Shown here: positions 1-10,148 of the stretch, one piece after another | Layout of the letters: the number at the start of each line of letters is the position of its first letter | How positions within the stretch are numbered: position 1 is the stretch's first letter | Assembly: GCA_005878635.1 (NCBI GenBank) | Contig: VBLS01000110.1 | Span: forward strand, 506 to 64,505 | Reading direction: 5' to 3' | Source of the DNA: Methanobacteriota archaeon | Lineage (GTDB): Archaea; Thermoplasmatota; Thermoplasmata; RBG-16-68-12 | Length of the DNA: 64,000 nt | Notes under the pieces: generated by a model | Told to the model about the DNA's origin: nothing | Database searches by the model: none | Seen by the model: the letters and a program-made list of their open reading frames with translations, nothing else | Position numbers and translations under genes: made by a program

Positions 1-168
1 GAGATCGGGATCTGCGGCGAGCACGGCGGGGATCCGTCGAGCATCGAGTTGTGCCACCTCCTCGGCCTCAACTACGTATCGTGTTCGCCCTTCCGGGTAC
101 CGGTCGCCCGCCTCGCGGCGGCCCATGCAAAGCTTCGAGAACAGGTCGGCGAATTCGGGGACCGCTGA
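1..168 (+). CDS. ppdK: Pyruvate phosphate dikinase, C-terminal end (5' partial)
   Basis: Frame 1 reads [41 protein letters not shown]..., the PPDK C-terminal signature; TGA at 166-168. Not in the ORF track. Confidence 0.93.
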   Translation, partial: EIGICGEHGGDPSSIELCHLLGLNYVSCSPFRVPVARLAAAHAKLREQVGEFGDR

Positions 169-180
169 CCTGGTGGAACG

Positions 181-960
181 TTGGCGGGCTTCGCGGATTC
201 GCCGTACTTTCTCGGCGTCCTGTTGGTCTCCGCGTTCACGATGCCCGTCATCTTCACGGTGTGGATCCGGAACACGGCCCGGTATGGGAGAGAACCGTGG
301 CGAAAGGTGATCCGGGCCTTCTTGTGGGGCGCCGTGTTCAGCGTGATCGTCGCGGTCATCTTCAGCCTAATTTTGGCCGCGACCCTCGGTCAAGTCGGGC
401 CGCTGAACACGTTTCTCATTCGACGTTTCCACGATCCGGATGTCGTATATCTGATCATCGGGGCCCTGATTGTTGCGCCGATCGTCGAGGAGGCGGCGAA
501 GGGCCTGGGGGTCCGCGAGGGGAGGCCGGAGATTCAAGGGTTGCTCGATGGGCTCGTCTACGGGGCCGCCGCGGGGTTGGGTTTCTCGGCGACGGAGAAT
601 CTGATCTACGGAGTCAACGCCCTCCTGTCTCCCGACGGCGGGGCCACGGCCTCCCTGGCGGCGATTGCGATTCGGTCCTTTTCCTCGTCGTTCCTCCACG
701 CGAGCTCGAGCGCGACCTTCGGCTACGGACTCGCGAAGGCATGGCTCACGCGTCGCACCTGGGCCTTCGTCCCGTACTATCTGCTCGCGGTGATCATGCA
801 CTCGACCTTCAACCTCCTGACGACGATCGGAGTGTTGTACGCGACCCCGTACGGGGAGACGGTGGGCTTCGTGGCCGCCGTCGCCTTCGCGCTCGTCGCC
901 ATCACGATCGTGCGGCTCAAACTCGCCGCGCATCCGCGAACGGTGGCCGGTAATCGATGA
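181..960 (+). CDS. PrsW-family intramembrane metalloprotease
   Basis: Multi-TM protein with APIVEEAAK, GLGFSATEN, HAS and H-x-x-F-N motifs. Confidence 0.88.
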   Translation: MAGFADSPYFLGVLLVSAFTMPVIFTVWIRNTARYGREPWRKVIRAFLWGAVFSVIVAVIFSLILAATLGQVGPLNTFLIRRFHDPDVVYLIIGALIVAPIVEEAAKGLGVREGRPEIQGLLDGLVYGAAAGLGFSATENLIYGVNALLSPDGGATASLAAIAIRSFSSSFLHASSSATFGYGLAKAWLTRRTWAFVPYYLLAVIMHSTFNLLTTIGVLYATPYGETVGFVAAVAFALVAITIVRLKLAAHPRTVAGNR

Positions 961-1622
961 ATCCGGAAGTCGCGGTGGGCGATCGAGTCATCCGAGTCCC
1001 GAAGATCCTCTGCGTCGCCCGGAACTACGCGGACCACGCAAAAGAGATGGGGACCCCGGTCCCGAAGGAGCCGATCTTCTTCCTCAAGCCGACGACCGCC
1101 CTTTTGCCTGGAGGCGGGACGATTCTCCTCCCGGCGGAATCGAAACGAGTCGAAGTCGAGACCGAACTCGCGGTGATCCTGAAGGCCGGCGGTCGAGATG
1201 TGTCGGCCGCGAAGGCAGTGGATCTCATCGGCGGCTACGCCGTGTTCTTCGACATCACAGCGCGCGATCTCCAATCGAAGGCGCGGGAAGAGGGCGGACC
1301 ATGGACAGCCGCCAAGGGCTTCGACACCTTCGCACCGATTTCGAAGGGCGTCGTCGCGCATCGCGGAATCGATCCGCACGGCCTGTCGATTCGCCTCCGG
1401 GTGAACGGCGTTGTTCGGCAGGATTCGAACACGAGTCAGATGGTCTTCCGAATCCCCCAGCTGATCGAAGCGAGTTCGAGGATCATGACCCTCGAAGAGG
1501 GGGACGTCCTTGCGACGGGTACGCCTGCGGGTGTGTGGCCGATCGTCTCCGGCGACGTCCTCGATGCGGAGATTTCCCGGGTCGGAACCCTGCGCTGCAA
1601 CGTCGCTTCGCGAAACCGTTAA
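957..1622 (+). CDS. Fumarylacetoacetate hydrolase family protein
   Basis: KILCVARNYADH, FFLKP, ETELAV, DITARD, KGFDTF, TGTPAG motifs; ATGA overlap with upstream gene. Confidence 0.92.
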   Translation: MNPEVAVGDRVIRVPKILCVARNYADHAKEMGTPVPKEPIFFLKPTTALLPGGGTILLPAESKRVEVETELAVILKAGGRDVSAAKAVDLIGGYAVFFDITARDLQSKAREEGGPWTAAKGFDTFAPISKGVVAHRGIDPHGLSIRLRVNGVVRQDSNTSQMVFRIPQLIEASSRIMTLEEGDVLATGTPAGVWPIVSGDVLDAEISRVGTLRCNVASRNR

Positions 1623-1650
1623 CTATCCCGGACCGCGTGCATGGCAGAGC

Positions 1651-2121
1651 ATGCGTTTTCGCTTTGAGATGGACGGAGACGTCTATTCAAAACACAAGGA
1701 TTCTTTCAAGCGCCTCCTGGCGAAGCACGGCCTTCGGTGGCGAGGCAGTCTGGACCGTCCCTTCTGGGCGAGTGCGACGGAACGGGTCACCGGCCTCTTC
1801 GATCGAGATGCGGAAAAGGACCTCCTGAAGTCCGCCACTCTGACTTGGGAGAGCGCCGGAAAGTCGCGGCTGCTCGAGGACCTGAAAGCCTGGGCCTGGG
1901 AGGTCGGCGCGAACGCCGTGGAGGACCGATCCCCGTCGGCCGAGGAGGTGACGGACGAGGTCGAGCAAGCTCTCCGCTACTGGGACTTCGTGTGGAAGCC
2001 CAACGAGGACCTCCTCAAGGCTCAGGGTCGCCCCCAGGCGTGGATCGATGCCGACGTCAAGCAATGGAAGCAACGGCGACAGGAACGGCGCCGCGAACTC
2101 ATCGGTCAAGCGACCGATTAG
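1651..2121 (+). CDS. Hypothetical protein (~156 aa, Trp-rich)
   Basis: Protein-like composition from ATG 1651 (MRFRFEMDGD...), host-like codon usage. Confidence 0.65.
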   Translation: MRFRFEMDGDVYSKHKDSFKRLLAKHGLRWRGSLDRPFWASATERVTGLFDRDAEKDLLKSATLTWESAGKSRLLEDLKAWAWEVGANAVEDRSPSAEEVTDEVEQALRYWDFVWKPNEDLLKAQGRPQAWIDADVKQWKQRRQERRRELIGQATD

Positions 2122-2336
2122 GACAGTCCGATCGAGTGGACTTCAAGCGAATCATAGCAGTCGAAACAGAATCCTTGGCGTCGATCGTCGGGCAGAAGGA
2201 CGATTCGGGTGTGGCATTTCCGGCAGCGGGCTTCGCGGTCGCCTCCATCGGAAATCCGCCGTAGATCCGGACGAAGCTTCCATGAAATCGTACCCGCCCC
2301 CGAGCCACTCCCGGCGCCGCCACGGAGCCGATGCAC
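2118..2336 (-). CDS. Small zinc-finger protein (CxxC...CxxC)
   Basis: CRKC-x14-CFDC; stop overlaps the convergent gene; start uncertain. Confidence 0.5.
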   Translation of the reverse strand: MHRLRGGAGSGSGAGTISWKLRPDLRRISDGGDREARCRKCHTRIVLLPDDRRQGFCFDCYDSLEVHSIGLS

Positions 2337-2412
2337 TCTATAAGAACGTTGTGCGAAGCGGAACCGATGGCGGTCGGCGACGGTTTAATGCGCAAACGAT
2401 TGTTCCTCTTCC

Positions 2413-3027
2413 GTGCTCTCCGGTTTCGTCACGTTCGAAGGGATTGACGGGTCCGGCAAGACCACGGTGAGCCGGCTCGTGAAGGAGCGCCTTCGGTCCC
2501 AGGGCCACTCCGTCTTCCTGACGAGCGAGCCGACGCGCGGTTGGCTGGGAGAGACCGTTCGCCGGGGGATCGAGAAGGGCGTCAGTCCTCTCACGGAGAC
2601 CTTCCTGTTCCTCGCGGACCGCGCCGCCCACATCCAAGAGATTCGTTCCCACCTCGAGGCCGGGGAGATCGTCCTCTGCGACCGCTATGCGGATTCCACC
2701 TATGCCTACCAGGGGGCCCACTTGGTCGGAGTCCTGCGCGATCCCATCCGCTTCCTCCAGCGGGCGAGTGAGGGATGGATTCTCCCTCCCGATCTGACGA
2801 TCCTGCTTCGGGTCTCGCCGGAAGTCGGATTCGAACGGATCAAGGATCGACCCCACAAGATTCCGTTCGAGGACGTCGCGTTCCTCCGTCGGGTCGCGGC
2901 GAATTACGATCACCTCGCGAAGGCGCGACGGTTCTTCGTCTTGGACGCCGCCCGGCCGGCCGAGATCGTCAGCGACGAGGCCGTCGCGACGATTGAACGC
3001 CGCCTTGGCTCGAGGAGCCCGTCCTGA
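2413..3027 (+). CDS. tmk: Thymidylate kinase
   Basis: FEGIDGSGKTT P-loop, CDRYADSTYAYQG. Confidence 0.95.
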   Translation: MLSGFVTFEGIDGSGKTTVSRLVKERLRSQGHSVFLTSEPTRGWLGETVRRGIEKGVSPLTETFLFLADRAAHIQEIRSHLEAGEIVLCDRYADSTYAYQGAHLVGVLRDPIRFLQRASEGWILPPDLTILLRVSPEVGFERIKDRPHKIPFEDVAFLRRVAANYDHLAKARRFFVLDAARPAEIVSDEAVATIERRLGSRSPS

Positions 3028-3325
3028 TCGCGGACCGTCCCGCGAGGGATGCTTTGCGAAGGAGAAACGCACGGGCGAAGACATTCGCGATTTCCATGTT
3101 GCCTCGATGCAGTTCGAGGAGAAACGCTTTGCCGAACAGGACTTGAGTCGAGTCCTGTTTCTTCCGATTCGCCACGGGCGCGGTACGATGGGCCTATGGG
3201 GACCATGAAACGGCCTCCCAAGAATATCATCGGCGATTCTCAATTTCTCCAGATGGCAGGCCTCGGTCCTGGACAAAGCTATTTATGCGGTCGCCCGGTT
3301 ATCGCGACGCGCATGGGATGCACGC

Positions 3326-4816
3326 ATGGAATCCGCGGCTCGCCATAGGCCTTCTTCTCACCATGGCGATGGGTTCGTCGGCGTGATTTACGGGGACATC
3401 GGGACGACCGCGTTCCGTTGCTCGGTCGCGGAGGCTGTGGAGCGCAACGAGTTCATCCAAGTCCAACATGAGACCTGCGGTATCGTCCTCGGCCGCGTCG
3501 ACGAAGTTCAGCGAAAGACGGACCTCTCCCTAGATCGGGCACAAGCCCTCGGAGACGGAGACGCCGTTGACGTGGAGGAACGGGTCTCGGCGCAAATCAG
3601 CGTGATCGGATATCGCGACGACCGCGGCCTCCTGCAAGTTCCGAGGACGCCGTTTCGCGCGGGGGAACCCGTGCACCGCGCGGAGACGGCCACGATTCAA
3701 GACGTCATCGGGCTGACGGAGGACAAGAAGCACGGAGCCTACGTCGGCCTTCTCGCGGGTCATGAAGTGCCGGTCTACCTGGACATCAATGCGATGGTCC
3801 AGAAACACGTGTCGATCCTGGCGAAGACCGGCGGCGGAAAATCCTACATCGCGGGCGTCATGATCGAGGAACTGATGAAGCATCACGTGACCTGCGTGAT
3901 CCTCGATCCCCACGGCGAATACGCCTCCCTCCGAGAGAAGGGGAAGGCCGTCCATGGCGCGGCGCGCTTTCGGGTCGAGCCGCATGCGTACGCCGAGATC
4001 ATCCAGGTCTTTTCCCCGGACACCAAGGTGAACCCGGGGACCCGGCCGTTGAAGTTCACGTTGAGCAACCTCGATGCGCGGGACATCCTTTCCCTCACCG
4101 GCTCGGCCCGAGTCCGAACGCATCTCACGGCGTTGCGCAAGGCCCTCGACCTGTTGCGGCAGGCCGCGAAGGATTACACAATCCAAGATATCGTCCGCGT
4201 GCTCGAGCGGGAGGAGGACCCGCAGAATGCCTCCTTGATCGACGAGCTCGAATACCTGAGCGAGGTGGAGATCTTCGCGAAAGAAGGGACGCGGATCGAC
4301 GAGCTGGTGATCAAGGGAAAGACGACCATCATCAATCTGAAGGGCGTGCCCCCAGACATTCAGGAACTCGTCGTGAACCGCCTTGCGACGGCGATGTTCG
4401 AGTTGCGAAAAGTCGGTCGAATCCCACCGATGATGCTCGTCGTCGAAGAGGCCCATAACTTCTGCCCCCAAGTCGGCCAGGTCGCATCGTCAAAGGTGTT
4501 TCGAACGCTGGCTTCGGAAGGCCGCAAGTTTGGCCTGGGACTCGTCATCATCACACAGCGCGCTGCGAAGGTGGACAAGAACGTGCTCAGCCAGTGCAAC
4601 ACGCAAGTGATCCTGAAGGTCACGAATCCGAACGACCTGAAGGCGATCATCGCGAGTGTGGAAGGCCTCACCGCATCGCTGGCGGAGGAGATTTCCCGCC
4701 TCCCGATCGGCGTGGCAATCATGACCGGAGGGGGGCTCCAGATGCCCCTGATGGTCGAAGTCCGTCCCCGAGAAACGCGACACGGCGGAGAAAGCATCAA
4801 GGTCATCGACGATTGA
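3326..4816 (+). CDS. HerA/DUF87-family ATPase with N-terminal HAS barrel
   Basis: AKTGGGKS Walker A, LDPHGEY, EEAHNF Walker B, EGRKFG, TQRAA. Confidence 0.9.
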   Translation: MESAARHRPSSHHGDGFVGVIYGDIGTTAFRCSVAEAVERNEFIQVQHETCGIVLGRVDEVQRKTDLSLDRAQALGDGDAVDVEERVSAQISVIGYRDDRGLLQVPRTPFRAGEPVHRAETATIQDVIGLTEDKKHGAYVGLLAGHEVPVYLDINAMVQKHVSILAKTGGGKSYIAGVMIEELMKHHVTCVILDPHGEYASLREKGKAVHGAARFRVEPHAYAEIIQVFSPDTKVNPGTRPLKFTLSNLDARDILSLTGSARVRTHLTALRKALDLLRQAAKDYTIQDIVRVLEREEDPQNASLIDELEYLSEVEIFAKEGTRIDELVIKGKTTIINLKGVPPDIQELVVNRLATAMFELRKVGRIPPMMLVVEEAHNFCPQVGQVASSKVFRTLASEGRKFGLGLVIITQRAAKVDKNVLSQCNTQVILKVTNPNDLKAIIASVEGLTASLAEEISRLPIGVAIMTGGGLQMPLMVEVRPRETRHGGESIKVIDD

Positions 4817-5072
4817 AAAACTCTTTCCGGAATTTCTCGCGTCCGGCTCATCGCGCACGGCCACTCCTGGAATCTCGCCCGAGGCTCGGTGTGTGCCTAG
4901 TGAATACATAGGACCCATAGTGAGTCGATTGAAAACGTGTTTCTCAAAAGAGATAGCGTCGTCGCCTCCATTAGTTGGCGAAATCAAATGCTCTGTTTGT
5001 ACGCAAGGAGACAATGGCGGTCAAAGAAGTGCCTGGGGGGGCGGTCAGTAACTCGAGGATTGTCGAGCGACC

Positions 5073-6419
5073 TTGACACTGGACGTCCAATTCAACGCAA
5101 ATCCCATCGAGGCACCTAGGATGGTCGCGGCTCGTGACATTCCGGTCACTGCTGGTATCCACAACGAAGCCGGGAGCGAGACGGCCTCGAAGGCTCCCAT
5201 TCATTCGAATCGCGCTCCTCGCATTGCCCTCTACTCTCAGGGCATGATGGGCTTCGGCCACATCCGTCGCAATGCGTCGATCGCCCAAGCACTCCGCCGC
5301 TCCGCTCTCCAGCCCGCGATCGTCATGATTGCGGAAGCCTGGCAAGCGGGCGCGCTCCTCATGCCCGAGGGAATCGACTGCGTCACCCTTCCCGCCATCC
5401 GAAAGGAGGCGAACGGCGAATACAATCCCCGCTTTCTGCTGGACGTCTCGGACGCGGAACTCATCGCCCTCCGGACCCGGGTGATCCGGAGTGCCATGGA
5501 GGTCTTTGAGCCCGATGTGTTAATTGTGGACTACTTGCCCCTTGGAGTGGCCGGCGAATTGACTTCGACCCTCGAATACTTGCGGAGTCGCGCGAACACC
5601 CACTGCGTCCTCGGAGTTCGAGATGTCCTCTATGACCCGGAGACTGTGCGGCACTCCTGGGCGAATCCGACGAACACGGAGGCGATCCGAAAATACTACG
5701 ACGCGGTCTGGATCTATGGCGATCCGACCGTCTTCGACCCGGTTCGAGAATACGAGCTCAACGGTCCGATTGCCGCGAAGGCTCGGCATGTCGGATACCT
5801 CGACCAGCGCCCGCGGCTCGAGTTTGCGAGAGCCGAAGCGGAACCGTTTGTCGCGAATCTCCCGCAGGGCCGGATTGTCCTCTGCCTCGTCGGAGGTGGC
5901 CATGACGGGGGTGCACTCGGCGAAGCATTTCTCGGAGCGAAGTTGCCACCCGATGCGACCGGGGTCTTGGTGGCTGGTCCGTTAATGCCGTGGGAGGACC
6001 GGGAGCGGATTCGCCAGAACGCGAAAGGACGCTCCCATTTCCAAATGTTCGACTTCGTGCACGACCCGACTCCCCTGATCGAACGTGCGGACCGGATCAT
6101 CGCAATGGGCGGCTACAACACGGTTTGCGAAGCCCTTTCTTTCGAGAAGCACGCCCTCATCGTCCCCCGCGTGAGCCCGGAACCGGAGCAGTGGATCCGC
6201 GCCCAACGCCTCCGCGATCTCGGTTTGGTTGACGTGTTACATCCCGGCGCGCTGACCCCGGAGGCGTTGACGGAATGGCTCGCGAGCGATCTGGGACCCC
6301 CTCCAGCGAGTCGCAGTCGGATCGATTTCCAAGGGTTAACCCGCATACCGGCGATGGTCGCGGAGCTACTGAACGCCCCCTTTACCCACACGCCGGGAGA
6401 CATGCCTCTGCCCTTATGA
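5073..6419 (+). CDS. Predicted glycosyltransferase (GT-B, COG4671-like)
   Basis: YSQGMMGFGHIRR, GGGHDG, MGGYNTVCE, EQWIRA; start may be ATG 5121. Confidence 0.85.
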   Translation: MTLDVQFNANPIEAPRMVAARDIPVTAGIHNEAGSETASKAPIHSNRAPRIALYSQGMMGFGHIRRNASIAQALRRSALQPAIVMIAEAWQAGALLMPEGIDCVTLPAIRKEANGEYNPRFLLDVSDAELIALRTRVIRSAMEVFEPDVLIVDYLPLGVAGELTSTLEYLRSRANTHCVLGVRDVLYDPETVRHSWANPTNTEAIRKYYDAVWIYGDPTVFDPVREYELNGPIAAKARHVGYLDQRPRLEFARAEAEPFVANLPQGRIVLCLVGGGHDGGALGEAFLGAKLPPDATGVLVAGPLMPWEDRERIRQNAKGRSHFQMFDFVHDPTPLIERADRIIAMGGYNTVCEALSFEKHALIVPRVSPEPEQWIRAQRLRDLGLVDVLHPGALTPEALTEWLASDLGPPPASRSRIDFQGLTRIPAMVAELLNAPFTHTPGDMPLPL

Positions 6420-7690
6420 CCGCATCCATGAGCAACGGGATTCGCACGTTCCTGATGTACGCCCAGGATGGCAAAGGGATGGGGCACATCACCCGGACCA
6501 CGACGATTGCCAAGCATCTCCTCGCGGCCCATCCGAATTCCGTCGCCTACATCACGACGGAGTCCCCGGTCATCGGGGAGTTCACCCTCCCTGAACGGTG
6601 CGACTATCTGAAGTTGCCCAGGCGAATGAGCCCAACCACGGTCGTTGAGACGGAGGCGGAACATGAGGCGGCCATCGACCACTTCCGGATCCACGTCCGA
6701 TCCCGAATCCTGCGAGAGGCTGCGCTCGCGTTGGCCCCCGACCTTGTTCTGGTCGATCATGAACCCCTCGGTCGGAAAGGGGAGTTTCGGGAGGGCCTGT
6801 ACGCGTTGAAGGAGGAGTCCCCCACGACGAAGTTCGTGTTCGGTCTCCGCGACATTATGGACGGTGTCACTCGGATTCGGGCTCAGTGGCGAGACCTGGG
6901 GGTCTACGACGCCCTTGAGAACGTGTACGACGGCATCGCCGTATACGGTTCGCGGGACCTATACGACGTGGCGGAAGCCTATGCCATCCCGCCGTCCGTG
7001 CGTTCCAAGTTGCACTATTGCGGGTACGTCGTCCGGGATGGCGAGTGCACGGATGCAAACGAGATTCGCGAGCGGTACCAGGTCCCTTCGAAAGGACCCC
7101 TGGTCGTCGCGACGGTCGGCGGGGGAATCGACGGGTATCCCGTGCTGGAGGCCGCCTGCGCAGCCGTCCAACACTTGCAGTCGGTCCATCCCGATCTCAA
7201 CGCCGTCTTCGTGACCGGACCGCTCATGCCGCTCGACCAGCAGGAGAAACTTCGCGCGCGCGCCACCACGACGTGCCGCGTCCTCACCCGGGCCGACAAT
7301 TTTCAGCTCATGGCCGCGGCCGACGCCATCGTCAGCATGGGCGGATACAACAGCGTGTGCGAAGCTCTGTCCGTCGGTCGACCTCTGGTGATCGTGCCTC
7401 GGTCCACGCACAAAATCGAGCAGCAGATCCGAGCCGAGACCCTCGCCGCGCGCGGCCTCGCTCGATGGATCCACCCCAAAGACCTGAACGGCGGGGAGAG
7501 CCTCGCGGAGGCTCTGGAATGGGCGTTGACGCGTGATCCGCGGGACCACGCCCGGCTCGTTCGAAAGATCATCCCGTCCTTCGACGGAGCTTCAAATCTG
7601 ACCGCGTACGTTTCTCGCTGGCTGAGCGACGACGGGATGGGCGGCCGAGCCAACGGCCGAGAGCAGCTGTCAACGGAGGGATGGGCATGA
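6416..7690 (+). CDS. Predicted glycosyltransferase (COG4671-like paralog)
   Basis: YAQDGKGMGHITR, GGGIDG, MGGYNSVCE, EQQIRA; ATGA overlap at 6416-6419. Confidence 0.85.
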   Translation: MTASMSNGIRTFLMYAQDGKGMGHITRTTTIAKHLLAAHPNSVAYITTESPVIGEFTLPERCDYLKLPRRMSPTTVVETEAEHEAAIDHFRIHVRSRILREAALALAPDLVLVDHEPLGRKGEFREGLYALKEESPTTKFVFGLRDIMDGVTRIRAQWRDLGVYDALENVYDGIAVYGSRDLYDVAEAYAIPPSVRSKLHYCGYVVRDGECTDANEIRERYQVPSKGPLVVATVGGGIDGYPVLEAACAAVQHLQSVHPDLNAVFVTGPLMPLDQQEKLRARATTTCRVLTRADNFQLMAAADAIVSMGGYNSVCEALSVGRPLVIVPRSTHKIEQQIRAETLAARGLARWIHPKDLNGGESLAEALEWALTRDPRDHARLVRKIIPSFDGASNLTAYVSRWLSDDGMGGRANGREQLSTEGWA

Positions 7691-8664
7691 ATCCGGCGGA
7701 GACCCTCCAACCGGACGAGACCCACGCCATATTGAGCGGAGCTCTGCGCGAATTGGAGGGAGTTGGCGCCCGGCTCGAGGGTTGGACCGCGGACAATACC
7801 TTCACGCCGTTCGGGAAACGGCGTGTGGTCCGCTATGAGCTGGAGGCCCGGTTGGCTGGAGGTCCCGATGTGCGTCGATACCGTTGGGTCGGGAAATTCT
7901 ACGATCGGGATGACGATGCCCGTCGAGTCGCCACCGTCCTTCGCGAGCTGGGGTCGAACGGTCAGGTCGAATCCTGTCTCGCGGTTCCGAGCGTCCTCGC
8001 GTACCACGCGCCACGCCGTCTCTTGTTGTTGACGTACGAGTCCGGCGAGTCGATGACGACGGCGATGGCGCAGGACACGCAGAAGATCTTTGCCGCGATC
8101 GGTCGCACGCTGGCGACCTTGCACGCCCTTCCCATCGCCCCAACTCGGACGATCTTTCCGAACGCCGTCCTCGAAGATGTCCGGCCAAGAGTCCGGGATC
8201 TTTGCGAACGGTTCCCCAGCGAAGCCGGTTCCCTGGAGAGCGCGATCGATGCCCTGGAGCGCGATGCCCCGCCATTTCCCTCGGCACCGTCCTTCGTCCA
8301 CGGCGACTTCGGCCCTGCGAACCTCCTCTGGCGGGCGGGCCACGTCGTCGTGTTGGATTTCGACAAATGCGCGCTGGGTGACCCGGCGTGCGACCTGGGC
8401 AACCTATTCGCACAGCTGTTCCGAACTACGATCAAAAGGCCGGAAATCCTGCGGGACTTCCCCTCCGCGCGCGCGACAGTCCTCCAGTCCTACATCCGAT
8501 GGTCTCCGATCGATTCGGATCTGGACTCTCGGATCGCATGGTATGAGCGGGTTACTCTGTTGCGGAAGATTCATGGGTTGCTGTTCAGCAAGAGCCGAGA
8601 CCCACATCCGGAGGCGGTTCGACAACGTCAGGCCGAAGCCGTCCAGTTGTTGAGGATGGAATAG
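7687..8664 (+). CDS. APH/choline-kinase-like phosphotransferase
   Basis: HGDFGPAN and LDFD kinase motifs; GGAGG RBS and ATGA overlap. Confidence 0.82.
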   Translation: MNPAETLQPDETHAILSGALRELEGVGARLEGWTADNTFTPFGKRRVVRYELEARLAGGPDVRRYRWVGKFYDRDDDARRVATVLRELGSNGQVESCLAVPSVLAYHAPRRLLLLTYESGESMTTAMAQDTQKIFAAIGRTLATLHALPIAPTRTIFPNAVLEDVRPRVRDLCERFPSEAGSLESAIDALERDAPPFPSAPSFVHGDFGPANLLWRAGHVVVLDFDKCALGDPACDLGNLFAQLFRTTIKRPEILRDFPSARATVLQSYIRWSPIDSDLDSRIAWYERVTLLRKIHGLLFSKSRDPHPEAVRQRQAEAVQLLRME

Positions 8665-8666
8665 CC

Positions 8667-10148
8667 ATGCGTGATCAACCGGAACAGCGGAATCGCCCGC
8701 CTGCGACGGGCCGTCCCCCGGATTCGGAGGGTGCGTCCCATCCGGGGAGTGACGAACGGTTCGACGCCGGGAGGCCGGATGGGTTCCCTTTCGATCCCGA
8801 CTTTCCGCAGCTCCCGATCGCGGCGAACCCCGACCTGATGCTCGAGGTCTTCCGAGCCGAGCTGAAGCCGGTCGCGCACCAGAAGTACGAAATCGAAGCG
8901 TGCAAGCCATTCCGCTTCCGGTGCCGGCAGTCGAAGTCTCGTCATGTGTTACAATACACCCTCCGCGTCGCGGATCCCTTGACGGGTCGCCGATGGGATC
9001 AGCCGGTGACCGGCGTACTGTATGCCGACGAAAGCAAGGCGGAGCGGCGGTGGCAGGAGATGCATGCCAAGGATCCACGCGGCGGGATTCCTTCCGAGTG
9101 GCTCACGTTCGAACCGGTCAGCATCGTTCCTGGCCTCCGAATGCTCGTCCAGATCTTTCCCTACGATCGGAGACTTCGGACCCTCGGGCCGGTGATGGGA
9201 GCGGCTGGGCGCGACGTTGATCCCCTACTCCTGACCCGCCTCGGTCCCGGCGAATGGGAAGTGGAGGATCGGACAATCGAAACCGCGAGGTACCGAACCG
9301 AGCGCGGGGCCGTTCTCCGCTACACCATACGAGCGCGTGAAATCCAGTCGGCTCGGCGCGAGACCCTGACCTGCTACTTGAAAGTCTATCGAAACGAGCG
9401 CGGCGCGGACACTTGGCGATTCCTGCAATTGATGTCCGCCAAGGTCGAAGGGAGCCCACAACCCTACGACGTGATTCGGCCGATTGCCTATCTAATGGAG
9501 CACCGCACGCTCGTGGCCGAAGAGGCACCTGGCACTTCGCTGACCCAACTGCTGCTTCGAGCGGGAGATCCGGCCGAAGCGGTACGTCCCGTCGCCCGGG
9601 CTCTAGCGGCTTTCCACCAAGACGATGTCCCGGCCACGCGGCAAGAATCGCTCGCCGACGCGTTGAAAACCATTCGAAAGGCGTCAACTCTCGTTGAGTG
9701 GATATGTCCCGGAGCACGGGATGCGATCCAAGCGATCACGGCTGAAGTGAGGGCTGGCTTGCGAGAGGCGCCGCCAACGCCGATTCACGGAGACCTCAAG
9801 CCGGATCATCTCTTCGTGTCCGGCCCGCAGGTGGTCTTCATCGATCTCGACTCGGTCGCGTTCGGCGACCCCGTTCGAGACGTGGCATCCTTTTTCGCTC
9901 ACCTGGCGAGCAGGGCCGGGATGCGTTCGATGCCGGCGGGTCGGGCTCGTGCAGCGGCGGCCGCCTTCGTCGAAGAATACTTCCGCCATGCGCCGAGTAC
10001 GTGGCGCGAGCGTCTGCCCCTGCATACCGCAGGCGCGTTTCTTGAGGTGGCGGCTGGCATCTTCCGGGCTCAAGAGCCGGGCTGGCGGGAGACGGCCGCT
10101 TGGATCATCGAGGCGGCACAACGCGCGTGCCGGGGGGTCCCTGATTGA
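8667..10148 (+). CDS. APH-like phosphotransferase with long N-terminal domain
   Basis: FPYDRRL, YLKVY, HGDLKPDH, IDLD, GDPVRD motifs. Confidence 0.82.
   Translation: MRDQPEQRNRPPATGRPPDSEGASHPGSDERFDAGRPDGFPFDPDFPQLPIAANPDLMLEVFRAELKPVAHQKYEIEACKPFRFRCRQSKSRHVLQYTLRVADPLTGRRWDQPVTGVLYADESKAERRWQEMHAKDPRGGIPSEWLTFEPVSIVPGLRMLVQIFPYDRRLRTLGPVMGAAGRDVDPLLLTRLGPGEWEVEDRTIETARYRTERGAVLRYTIRAREIQSARRETLTCYLKVYRNERGADTWRFLQLMSAKVEGSPQPYDVIRPIAYLMEHRTLVAEEAPGTSLTQLLLRAGDPAEAVRPVARALAAFHQDDVPATRQESLADALKTIRKASTLVEWICPGARDAIQAITAEVRAGLREAPPTPIHGDLKPDHLFVSGPQVVFIDLDSVAFGDPVRDVASFFAHLASRAGMRSMPAGRARAAAAAFVEEYFRHAPSTWRERLPLHTAGAFLEVAAGIFRAQEPGWRETAAWIIEAAQRACRGVPD

Noticed and set aside
5035..5041. G7 tract as a phase-variation switch fusing the uORF to the glycosyltransferase
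   Set aside because: The GT frame has a TAA at 5049-5051, so slippage cannot create a fusion
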